In this document: piece by piece, positions 48,911-60,374 of the stretch
Numbering within the stretch: the first letter of the stretch is position 1
How the letters are laid out: the number at the start of each line of letters is the position of its first letter
Source of the DNA: Octopus sinensis
Lineage: Eukaryota
Reading direction: 5' to 3'
Assembly (NCBI RefSeq): GCF_006345805.1
Contig: NW_021832568.1
Span: 1-60,374, forward strand
Length of the DNA stretch: 60,374 nt
The notes under the pieces: generated by a model
What the model saw: only the letters and a program-made list of their open reading frames with translations
The model's database searches: none
Told to the model about the DNA's origin: nothing
Translations under genes and position numbers: made by a program

Positions 48911-51320
48911 TATTGTTGTTGGCATCCTTTTAGTCTCGCGAGACAATGGAGTTGCATATAAAATAATCTAGTCTGGCTTTTACATTTCATGTCCTAATAC
49001 ATCTCCTGCTTTGGCTGTGTAGTCCTATACTGGACAAACAATCCCTCAAGCAGGTGCCACAAATGTAGCGAAGACTTTGCCTGGCTGGTTGTAATGTCAT
49101 AGTTTCTTCTTGAAATCTTTTCTTGTTTTTCCATTTCTCCTCTCTCTCTATGTCACTCCTTTGTGTTCCCTCTTTTACAGTACGTCGCCAATCTCCACGG
49201 TTGCTGGCAACTGCTTCCCAGTTGGTTATATTAATGTTGCAGGCCTTCATGTCCCTTTTGCAAACATCCTTGTATCGTAAGAACTGTCTTCCCACAGACC
49301 TAGTGCCCCAAGCAAGCTCTCCATAGAGTATGTCCTTGGGGATTCTGCCATCTTCCATATGGCTAACATGTCCAAGCCACCTCATACGTCTTTGTGTGAG
49401 GAGTGCAAACAAGCTTGGTATTCCTGCTTGCTTGAGGATATCTTTGTTGGAGACATGGTCCTGCCATTTGATGAGAAGGATTTTCCAGAGGCAGTGCAGG
49501 TGAAAGATATTTAGGCGACGCTCTTGGCGTGTATATGGTGTCCAAGACTCACTTCCATACAGTAGAGTGCTAAGTACACATGCCTGGTAAATCTTCATTT
49601 TTGTGGTCTTGGTCAGCTTATTGTTGTCCCATGCCCATTTGGAGAGTTGGGCCATCACAGCATCTGCCTTGCCAATGCGTATATTTAGCTCAGCATCAAG
49701 GGATAGGTTGTAGGTGACGGTAGAGCCAAAATAAGTAAACTTCTCCACTTCCTGTAGTCTGTGGTCTCCAATATGTGTGTTTGGGATGTCCTATGTAGCC
49801 TGACCCATGATGTTGGTCTTCTTGAGGCTGATAACTAAGCCAAAGTCACTACATGCTTGCTCAAAACAGTTGATAAGCCTTTGCAAGGCTTCTTCTGTGT
49901 GTGATACCAGAGCGGCATCATCAGCAAATAGTATTTCCTTGATCAGGACACTTTTGATTTTGGTCTTGGCACACAGACGCGAGAGAGTGAACAGTTTCCC
50001 ATCACTTCTACTGTACAGAAAGATTCCATCATCTGATGTCTCAAAGGCATGTGACAGCAGCAGTGAGAAGAAGATGCCAAATAATATAAGAGCAAGGAAC
50101 AACCTTGCTTTACCCCATTTTTTATTTGGAAGGCGGCTGATGTTGAATCGTTGTGCTGTATGATGTCTTGCATATCATCATGGAAAGATTTGATGATCCC
50201 CAGCAGCTTTAGTGGACATCCGATTTATTGGAGCAGGATGAAGAGGACTTTTCTACTTACCAAGTCAAAGGCTTTTGTCAGATCAATGAAGACCATATCT
50301 AATGACATTTTCTGCTGTCTGGACTTCTCCTGAAGTATGGAGAATATCATGTCAATAGTTGATCTGCTTCTTCTAAAGCCACACTGTGATTCTGAATAAA
50401 TTTGAGAAGTAAGCAGTTGTAGCCTGGACAGGATAACGTGAGCAAAGGTCTTTCCAACAGTGCTTAGAAGAGATATTCCACGGTAATTGTTACAATTACC
50501 ACGGTCACCTTTGTTTTTGCAAAGTGTAATGATGTTAGCATCCTGCATATCCTGAGCGACTGTACCCTCTTCCCAGCACTGATACAGAAGCTCATGAAGG
50601 TGCTGAAGCAGGATGGTGTTTTTGCCGGTTTTGATGATCTCTGAGGGGATGCCATCTTTTCCCGGAGCATTATTTCTTGCTAGGGAGTCAATAGCCTTGG
50701 TGAGTTCTGCTATAGATGGCAGACTGTCAAGTTCACACATGACTGGGAAGATCTTGACATCCTCGATTGCAGACTCAGCTACCGTGGTCTCCCGTGAGTA
50801 GAGATCCTGGTAGTACTCCACTAATCTATCCATTTGCTTGATTTGGTCCTTGATGAGATCTCCAGTAGTTGATTTCAGAGGGGCTGACTTAGTTGCGGAT
50901 GGACCGAGGGCCTTCTCAAACCGGCATACATCCCACAGGTGTCACCACCGTCAGCAGCTGACTGGATACTCTGACAGATTTCCTGCCAGTACCTATTTGC
51001 ATGGCGTCTGGCAGTCAGTTGGGTTTTATTTCTTGCCTTTCTGAGTTCTTTGAGTGACTTTGTAGAAGAATCACTCTTGTATTGCATCAGAGCTGCACAC
51101 TTTGCTTCGATAACTGTTTCCAGCTGAGAGCTCAGCACTGAACCAATCTGGGTTTTGCCTTTCTCTCATGCCGAAAGTATCTATTGATGTGGTATACAAA
51201 GCTTCCCTGATATAATTCCAGGGAAGCTTTCAGCAGAGGAGTTTGGGCAGCTACTGAGGGCAAACTTGGTAAAAACAGCAAAACATTTTTGTAGTGTAGG
51301 GTCCAAGGTTCTGGCAGAGT
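48911..51320 (-). mobile_element. RTE LINE family B copy 2, 5'-truncated
   Basis: ORFs 50225..50833, 49791..50102 (LFADD), 48987..49748 ending in CGTCLRDCLSSIGLHSQSRRC; (CAA)n tail. Confidence 0.95.
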
Positions 51321-51324
51321 ATTT

Positions 51325-51830
51325 TTTCAATTCAATTCAATTTTTATTGGCTCAAAAAGCAAAAGCAAGGCCATGTAGGGGGACAGAGAGATATGTACAG
51401 GGAGGGTGGTCATACAAAGAGTTCAGGCTATTTCTGGTCAAGAGAGACTTTGAACCGAGCAGTCATCGGCATCTTCACTATCTCATCCGGCAGCTTATTC
51501 CACGGATCCTCAACCCGGACGGAGAAAGCCCCTCTCCTTCAATTGAGATGAAATCGTCATAAATAGAGCTTTTCGGAGTGACCCTGCAACCCACGCTCTG
51601 GAGCAGGAGTGAAGAACAGCTCTTTTGAGAGGTTACACTTTCCGCTTATGATGTTGTGAGTGAGAATGAGATAACCACGGTGGCTGTGTTTTTCGAGAGA
51701 ATAAAGGTCGAGCGTCTTCAGCCTTTCTTCATAAGACAAATGCTTGAGATCAAGAACCATGCAGGTAGCCAGCTTCTGGACTCTTTCGAGATGATGTATG
51801 TCTTTGAGGAGATAAGGAGAAGAAGCTTGA
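51325..51830 (-). mobile_element. CR1-clade LINE 3' fragment with (TTGAA)n tail
   Basis: ORF 51557..51955 homologous to the C-terminus of 51861..53747. Confidence 0.9.
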
Positions 51831-51837
51831 GGAGATA

Positions 51838-53835
51838 AGGAGAAGAAACACAAGCCCTGGGTGACGAAGAAGGTTAAACGAGAACGTCGACTCAGAGATA
51901 TTGCTTGGGCTGAATTCAAAAATCTGGATTCGACTGCAGCTTTTGAGGTGTACAAAACTCAACGAGACCGAGCCGTGAAAATTGAAAAGAAGGAACGCTT
52001 CAGTTATGAATACAAAATCGCGGCAAATGCCAGTAGCAATCCCAAAACCTTCTTTGCCCATGTCCAGCGGAATTCCCGCTTGAACAACCAGATTGCAACG
52101 TTGGTAGACTCAACAGGCGTATCGATTGAGGATCCTTATCAACAGAGTCAATTATTTGCTGAGGCTTTTTCAACTATTTTCAAACAAGATGATGGTCGTG
52201 AACCCCCTCCATTTGATAGATCGGTACCTCCAATGCTTCGATTGATCATCACGCGGGACCAAGTCAAACGTGTTATTCAAGGCCTCGATGTCAACAAGGA
52301 TCACGGCCCTGACGGCATACACCCACTGGTTATCAAAGCGTTGGCTCCGGTCATTTGCGAGCCCTTAACACGACTATTCAATATGTCATTGGCGACGGGT
52401 GTTATACCTGCAGACTGGAGAACAGCGATAATCTGCCCAATTTTCAAGAAAGGGAGCCGCGAAGGCCCGCTTAACTACCGACCGGTTTCCCTTACATCAA
52501 TAATCAGCAAGATGTTGGAAACCATCCTTAAGAAAAGTATGATGCTCCACCTCCTAAACACAGCCTCGATCACTGATTCCCAACACGGCTTCGTGCCGAA
52601 GAGATCATGCTTGACCAACTTACTAGTAATGGAAGAATTGGTGACGCGCATCCTCGATGATAGTGATGCTGTTGACATCGTTTTATTGGACTTTGCCAAA
52701 GCTTTTGACTCGGTAAACCACCGCCTACTACTTGTCAAGCTTCAAGCATATAGTTTCCATCCGGATATTGTACGATGGGTTGGTGCCTTCCTCTCAGATC
52801 GCTCCTTCCAAGTTCAAGTTAATGGTTCACGGTCCAACGTCTCCAGTGCGAGCAGTGGCGTGCCTCAAGGTTCAGTGCTTGGGCCCTTGTTGTTCTTAGT
52901 CTTCATAAACGACTTGCCCGACGACCTCACGCAACACACCCTTCTATTTGCCGACAATATCAAACTGGTCGCTCCTCGCGGTAGTATAGAGGATCTTCGT
53001 CGATGCCTCCACCAAATTTGGAAGTGGTCTAACGATTGGGACCTGTGTCTGAACGTGTCAAAGTGCTGTCATCTGCCTGTCGGCTCTACTCCTGCAACTC
53101 AACTTGATTTCGAGCCGGGTCGTCTGCTGCTGGAGAGGACCGATCAGGTAAAGGACCTGGGTATCTTGGTGGATTCCTCCTTTTCGCCTTCGGCCCAGTG
53201 CGTCCATGCTGCCAACAAAGCGCGCGGAATTCTGTTTTTGATTCGACGGTCATTCGGAATGCTCACAGCAGCCATATTCCTGCCACTCTATGTCACGCTG
53301 GTGAGACCCATATTGGAGTATGGGATTCAAGCCTCTTCTCCTTATCTCCTCAAAGACATACAGCACCTCGAAAGAGTCCAGAGGCTGGCTACCCGCATGG
53401 TTCATGGTCTCAAAAATTTGTCCTATGAAGAAAGGCTGAGGACGCTCGACCTTTGTTCTCTTGAAAAACGCTGCCGCCGTGGTGATCTCATTCTCGCCCA
53501 CAACATCATAAGCGGGAAGTGTAACCTCTCGAAAGAGCTGTTCTTCACTCCTGCTCCGGAGCGTTGGCTGCGGGGTCATTCCGAAAAGCTCTACCTGCGA
53601 CGATTTCATCTCAATCGAAGGAGAGGAACTTTCTCCGTCCGGGTTGCAGATCCGTGGAACAAGCTGCCAGACGAGATGGTGAAGATGCCGACGACCGCTT
53701 TGTTCAAAGCCTCCCTGGACCTCAAGTGGCCTGAACTCTTTACATGAACACCACCCTGTACTTAACTCCATGTCCCCCTACATGGCTTTGCTATTTGCTT
53801 TTGAGCCAAATTAACTAACTAACTAACTAACTAAA
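51838..53835 (+). mobile_element. Young 5'-truncated CR1-clade LINE, 628-aa open RT frame, (TAAC)n tail
   Basis: GPDGIHP, NYRPVSLTS, QHGF, LDFAKAFD, GVPQGSVLGP, LFADN; no endonuclease domain. Confidence 0.95.
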
Positions 53836-53920
53836 TATATTTTTTAACCTTTTAAAACAAGCCTTCTGTAGTTTTTTCACTTTTTACTATTTTCTATATA
53901 TTCAACCACGTGCTTTCTCA

Positions 53921-53973
<53 letters not shown>

Positions 53974-53974
53974 G

Positions 53975-54100
53975 ATGGGCTTTCAGTTATATCTGCCACA
54001 TCTACTCAGAATGCTTTGGTTGATCTGGAGCTATAGTATAACATACTTGCTTAAGGTGCCATGCAGTGAAACTGAACCCAAAGCTAGTTGTTTGGAACAC
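53975..54100 (-). mobile_element. SINE head, decayed
   Basis: ttaaggtgccatgcagtgaaactgaaccc matches the SINE head reversed. Confidence 0.6.
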
Positions 54101-54417
54101 AAACTTCTAAGCTCTATAACTGTGCCAATATATAGTAGCCATGAAAATAGATGTAGGCTAGTCAGGTTCAAGTCAATCTGCTAGAAATAGCAGCCAAATT
54201 CACCTCAAATCACCACTTATCACCTTAATAATGGAAAATGAAGCTGCAAAAACAATATGAAATATCAACATATGCAACACCTTTAAACATAATTTATCAG
54301 CACTGGCCTTAGGATCAAACAGCAATAGTTATGATTAAATTCTACAGTGGATACAAATTTATGACAATTAAAAATTCTGAATAAAAATGTTTATATAAGA
54401 GACATATTGTTACTTAC

Positions 54418-54472
54418 CACAGAAGCATTGTGCAAGGAACAAGTATTTCAAATATAATGGGTTAAATTCCAT
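54418..54472 (-). CDS. Host gene coding exon 1: signal peptide MEFNPLYLKYLFLAQCFC (exon starts at 54475)
   Basis: Minus strand: ttttctttgtAG acceptor, ATA ATG..., 18 codons + 1 nt, then GTAAGT donor (phase 1); joins in frame to the 40497 exon. Confidence 0.7.
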
Positions 54473-57139
54473 TATCTACAAAGAAAATGATAAATACTGA
54501 TAGGAACAATTTCTACAAATAGTCCGTGATGCAAAATAATAGTGTAAAAAATAATTCAACATAAATCATAGGAACTTGTCTTTGCAAAAACAGGAACCCA
54601 TGAGCAAGTATTATCATGGTGAAATTAGGAAGAGCAGTATAGAGGATAAGTAATAAAAATACTAGACACAGTTAATCTAAAAAATGCAAAGAAAAAACAG
54701 TGTTTTGTTTAGTCATATCTTTAGCATCTTCCATTACACTCTCTCTTTCAAATACCTCAGAACATCCAAGTAAAATATGATTTTCTATAGGGGTCACTAT
54801 GAATTTTTGAAACTATTTAAATGTAATTTCTACTGTACATTTTCTTGGAGAGCATCCAAAAACAAACATTTTGATACCTCATTTGTGAAATTTGAATGAA
54901 TATTTTAGGAGATATGATGACTTGGGTGTCCAGTGAATTTGTTAAAATCTTGCCTAATTAGCCTACATGAATAATTGACCATTTTGTAATATATCTTTGA
55001 AACTGAGGTGATAACCAACTTGTATTACACAAATAGGTGGCTTTCTTTTTCTTTCTATTTTTTTTCAGGTTTTTGAATATAAAACTTTGTTTTGGGAGCA
55101 ATTTTAAAAATATTTATGTAAAACCTATTTTGTTACATGTAACAAACAGTCAATTTCAGGGTTTTCAGACTTAGCTAAATTCAAAAGTACGAGTCACAAG
55201 GACTTGAGTTTTGGCATATTTGTAATAGATACAAGCTAAATAAATCCTGAGATTTGGGATCATGACACCATTTCAATACAATTTTAATGGGCTATTAAAA
55301 ATAGCTATAAGCAGCAGAGTTTGGGGTCAGGATGTCCATCTAAGCTGAATTTTGATGGGGATTTTTCCAATTTTCTTTTCACCACCGCCTTGGATATGAC
55401 AGGGCAAGGTATGTTATAGAAAAATTTATTGAAAATCTATGATTTTTTCCAACCTCCTTTCCTCCCCTCTGGACTGATTTTGGTCTCTTTTTTCTGTACA
55501 ATGCACTTAAAAAAACAAGAGAAACGTTTGGGTTATGAAATGATCTTTGAAAACATTTTCAAATGAAAAAGTGTATGATTTACAGAAGATTTAGCTGTTG
55601 CTTCTAGCACATGACATGATGACCTGGCACCTTTCTCAGAATTGCATGTAGACCCAGATTAAAAGACAAACAAAATGTAAAATCTAATTCCTTGCTTTAG
55701 CATTAAAAGCTTGAATTAAAGATATTAAAAACATCTGTAACATAGCAAACTTGTTAGTAGGAGAGAGAGACAAAAACCTAAAATGACTATGTAAACACTA
55801 CTACAAATTATCCAACTATATTCAAAATTGGGAAAGAAAATGCTTCATATTGAACCTAAATAGTCTACAAAATAATATTCATTGTACAATATAATTGTGT
55901 TTGCAAAATTTGACCAATATTTCTCAATGAAATTTACATGTACAAGAATATCCACAAGGTATAATTCAGACATCAATCTTCACACTTTGTTACACAACAA
56001 GAGGGAATAAAGATTCACAATACAATCATTCTATGCTAATTATGGGTTCTAGAAGTCTGAAGCAGCTCATTTTAGTGCATTTTTCTATAGAAATATGTTT
56101 ACTTAGTAATTAGTTCATTTCTTGAAACACTGGCCCAAACCAGAGCCTTGGATTCTGAAACCTCAGATTTGTGTTCTGTTTAACCTCTCACCACAGAGAC
56201 TAGTAGTGTCAGTGTACCATTTTCTTTATTGACTTTGCACTTTTTCACCATACTGTGGCCAGATTCAGCAATGATCATATCTAACTGGCAAGTAATTTTT
56301 CTTTCTTATGACATAAAAATCTTGAAGAAAATGTACTATTTTCTAAGTGAAAGTTGATGATAACATTTTCACTTTTATATGTCATAGGGAATATTTGACC
56401 TACTTTCATTGATTTTTATATCAAAATAAAGCAGTAAAAGTCCTTTTCATGACAGTATGGTCTGCAAAAGAATCAAGTTATAGTGCTCCAGCACACTGAA
56501 CAAAGATGAGAGCTACCTTTCAGTAGTCAAAATAAAAAAAAAAAAGGACAAACTTTGTGAATGGGTGGAGATACCAGGGTGATTGAAGGAAAATGGCATA
56601 AAATGCCATGAGTCGGATTTTGATTCAAATTATATGAGAAGAAAGTTCACATAGAAAACTTTCAAATGAAATATGATTTTGACAAAAAAATGATAAAGCA
56701 AACAGTGTATTCTTGTATTGTCAAACTGTACTTGTCTCCCTCCTATGGTGCTTTATAGTGATAGCTTTCCAGAATCAGCACTGCCAGTTACAACATTTGC
56801 GAATGAATATGTCTATGTAAACAATGCAATTGAAGAGAGAAAATGAAGGTAATGGGTGTATTTACATATTTCAAGAGTTATTGCTCTTTCATTAATACCA
56901 CATCTAACCCACCAACAGTCCATGGATACATTGCTTCAATACCCAATATGTTCAACAGTGTGACACAACTGGATAGACTAATTTACATATTAAACGCATT
57001 CCTGGCAAACAGTACACACATATAAATTGCTGGCAAGGTCAGATTATATCATTTTGCAAACATAATATATGATACTATACTTACACTAGTATAGTATATG
57101 CTATACTTACACTAGTATAGTATACTATTACACATCCAG

Positions 57140-57420
57140 CAGACTATGTTCAGTTCATTTAATTCTACTCTTCATAAATTTGCACTCAAAGAGGCCCATG
57201 TCTCACTTTTAAACAGCATCACACTTCATATACAAGCATCATGTAATCCATCTTACACTCTGAGAAAAAAACCCTTTGTTGCCAGCAGAGGTCATAACTT
57301 TCTGAACTTCTTCCAATCAGTTCTTACCTTTACTACTATGCTCTCTGATCCCCTGCCCTTTTCATTAATTAGGTAATATAAGTTATTAACTAATCCTAGA
57401 CAGCTCATCAACCACTTTAT
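57140..57420 (-). mobile_element. Old RTE-A C-terminal fragment
   Basis: Minus KVRTDWKKFRKLCPLLATKGF..LYDACI. Confidence 0.7.
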
Positions 57421-59511
57421 AGAATGATATGAGTGAAATTTTAGTAGTGATTGCCTTCTACACTGTAAGGTGAAAGAGACTTTACCAGCTGAATAGTTAG
57501 ACAGAACAGTGTTGGGGGAAATAGCATGAGTGAGAGAGGATAGTAAGAGTGTGACTGAAATAAGAGGGCAAGTAGATAAGTAAGTGATAGCCATGGATTA
57601 AGAAATCTGATACAAATGAATTGTTCAATGTCCCCATCCCACAATGTTGGTCTACACCTAAACAATGGATTGGGAATTTCTCATGGCCGCAATGATCATA
57701 CTCACTACCTTTAGTCAATTAAGCCTCAAAATCACAGTCATGACCGATTTGTTAAAAGTCAATTTTAAGATGTTTCCCGAGATCTAAACTTTCACTCTAA
57801 TAAACCATATCATAAACGCAACAAGAAACTTAACTGCACTCACAAGCAGTTTTGCTACCAGGTTTAGAAACCTGATAGCTAAACATTAATAGCAGGATAT
57901 TTAACCTCTCTTCCACTAAAGAGATTTTTGATGAGCCTCTTACTATGAAAATGTCCTAGGTAATGGTAGCTTCAAAGATAATTTATGTTACAACTTTTCT
58001 AGTAATAATATGAATAATAAAAGATGCACCTTAGAATAGGAAATTAATTTGGTTTGCCCTCACTCTCCCAAAATGTTAAAGCTAATTTAGTTTAAAAATT
58101 CCTCTCTCTCTCTTAGATAAGCGTTTCTCAGAAAATCACAAGTACAGAAAGATCTTTAACAGATAAATAAATTATCATAAAGCTGCTGCCCCCAATATAA
58201 AGAGCATCATCATCCATAACCACCACCAAGAGCCCACTTCCAGTTATAACTGCTGAGACTCTGAAGCTTGTCCATTCGTTGTCCACTCAACTAGGGGTGC
58301 CCAATAAACTTCATCTTATATGAAGCAGAAATTACAGTTACACTATATGACAACATAACTAAAAAGAAGAATTACATCAGGTTGTATAAAGGCAACTTCA
58401 AAAAATGCCACACTGAACACCTATGTTTTTCCGGCACATGGACAAAACTAAGTCAGCTAGCCATATATGGGTTTTACGACACACTCCACACCACATACAA
58501 TCAAGTGGAAAACTATAGAAAAATCCATGTCATATGTTAATGGATAAAACAAATGAAAGTTATGCAGTTTTACACATCCTTTTTAGATCTAAAACTTCCA
58601 CCACACTGTTGAATTCCAGATCAGAAATTTTCAGCAAATGTAAACATATGGCAAAGTTTCTTTTGGCAAACTGGAGAATACCAACCTCACCAGAATGAGA
58701 AGCTGTTTTGTACACTTTAGACCCCTTCCAATGATTCTGCCTCATCTAGCCTTATGATTCTACAGTCAAAGGGAATGTAACTAATTCTTTTTTACCTTTC
58801 TTTTTCCATTTTTTTCACCAAACATAGGCATGCTTTAAAACTTGACTAGATAATATCTTCAATATATGAAAATATATACTAAGTACATTAAACAACATAC
58901 ATATATATATTATATATATGATATATATATATATGACATATATATACAAGCATTAAAACAATAACATAGTTATCGAACTTTCTTTCTTCCTGCGTTGACC
59001 TTTTTAACGTTTATTTTCTTTAAACTATATATGTTTGTGCGTGCAAGTGTGTGTGAGTGTAGACTCACTTTTTTTTTAGATTGAAACCAGGATTATAGGA
59101 ACTGAAACTTGGGACAGTGGAAATACCATGAATGATGAAGAGTTACAGCATATGGGATGGGTGTTAAAGAAGAGTGGGCCATCTGGAGGACTTTTCTCTG
59201 CAAATGTATTAACATAACTGCCTATTTTGTTCTTATATGAAGGCAATTCCTGGCAAGTACTGAAGTGATACATGTGAACTGGTAAGATATATGATTGATC
59301 TTTCTCACTTAGAAGGTTTAACAGCTGGGTATGAGACAAAGCGACAGGAATCAGATGTACAAAGCAGCTAGTTCTTTACCTGATAGAATAAGTGTATACA
59401 ATTATCTGTTTCTATTGACAAGTAACATCTTATTCAACTGCCAACTACTTTCATACTGTTCTTTTGGAAATATTTTCATAGGAAATTTGATATTTTAAAT
59501 TTTATCAAAAA

Positions 59512-59899
59512 CTAGCAGTATCACCTGGTGTTGCTTGGGTTTGTTTCAACCCTTTAGAATTGGAATTTTTGAAAAGTAAAAATTTTGCATTATGCAACTT
59601 GTTATTCTCTTCAAGTAAACATTTTTCCAGTTGAAATACACCGAAAAATAGTGACACAGCAGTCAAAAATCATAAAAAATAGGGATTTTCATAGAAAAAA
59701 AGCACCTTTTTGATGTAAATAATTTTTGGTGTTAACATGGTCCGATTTGAATTTTATCTTCTACAGAATGAAGAGCAAGCCTTCATCTATTATACTCTCA
59801 ATTTTGGTCAACTTGTGCTGCAGGGTCTCGAAGGAGATAGAGTTAGTTGAAGGCTACCAAACCTGCCACAACAGACAACTTCAGCTTTATATATATAGA
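59512..59899 (-). mobile_element. Complete 388-bp non-autonomous Helitron
   Basis: Minus A|TCTATATATATAAAGCTG start; hairpin and CTAG|T end. Confidence 0.85.
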
Positions 59900-60374
59900 T
59901 TTGCTACACACTACTTTCTATCCTTAATAATGAAACTTGGTAGATCCAAAAGTTAAACACACAAACACAGATACACACACAGACACATAAGTTGAGTTTT
60001 ATATATATAGATCTCTCAACGGGGATTTCAGGGGAGAGTTTCAGGGAGTCGCTGGCGATGTATTGTGATGATCAAAAATCCGGCCTGCTAAAATTTGGTT
60101 AAAGTGATTCAAACTGCAGACACAATGCAAAATGGTCACATTTAATTCAAAGCGTTAAAAATGTTATGAAAACAATTGGTGTGTTCACAAAGTCCAAATG
60201 ATTAATATGAAAAAACCCTCCAGGCTACATCCCGAAAATTCATTTCTTTGCCAAATTTCTACAATGTTTACAGCGATTCGTTTTTATATCTTGATTTTTT
60301 ATTTTTCATGCAATTTACACATGCCTGCACGCGTGGTGAACACAGTTCACGTCAAACAGCTGAGTAAAGTTCAC

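Noticed and set aside
54780-55420. Possible non-autonomous DNA transposon
   Set aside because: Texture is MITE-like but I could not find TIRs or a TSD
58560-58745. 61-aa minus ORF
   Set aside because: No recognisable motif or convincing splice sites

Overview
A eukaryotic, AT-rich, microsatellite-laden window dominated by decayed transposons. The SINE and RTE tail repertoire suggests an octopus (cephalopod) genome; this is pattern recognition, not a database result. Content: two RTE LINE families (one with a PHD finger embedded in the RT region, one BovB-like with a C-terminal zinc finger), CR1-clade LINEs (one with a twin-priming-like inversion), Penelope-like (RT + GIY-YIG) relics, six Helitron 3' termini plus a Rep/helicase relic, a probable Helentron relic, two mariner transposons, two solo LTRs, tRNA-derived SINEs and small fold-back elements. 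Two things are not shown by the ORF track. First, a three-exon minus-strand host gene model (54472-54418, 40497-40225, 32447-32389; both introns phase 1) encoding a 128-aa protein: signal peptide, one Ig-like domain, hydrophobic C-tail. Second, a ~1.1 kb non-coding AT-rich repeat present twice, each copy carrying a type I hammerhead ribozyme motif; the two copies have complementary lesions and their consensus is canonical. Most TE boundaries are by eye (tens of bp uncertainty) unless TSDs or termini are cited.
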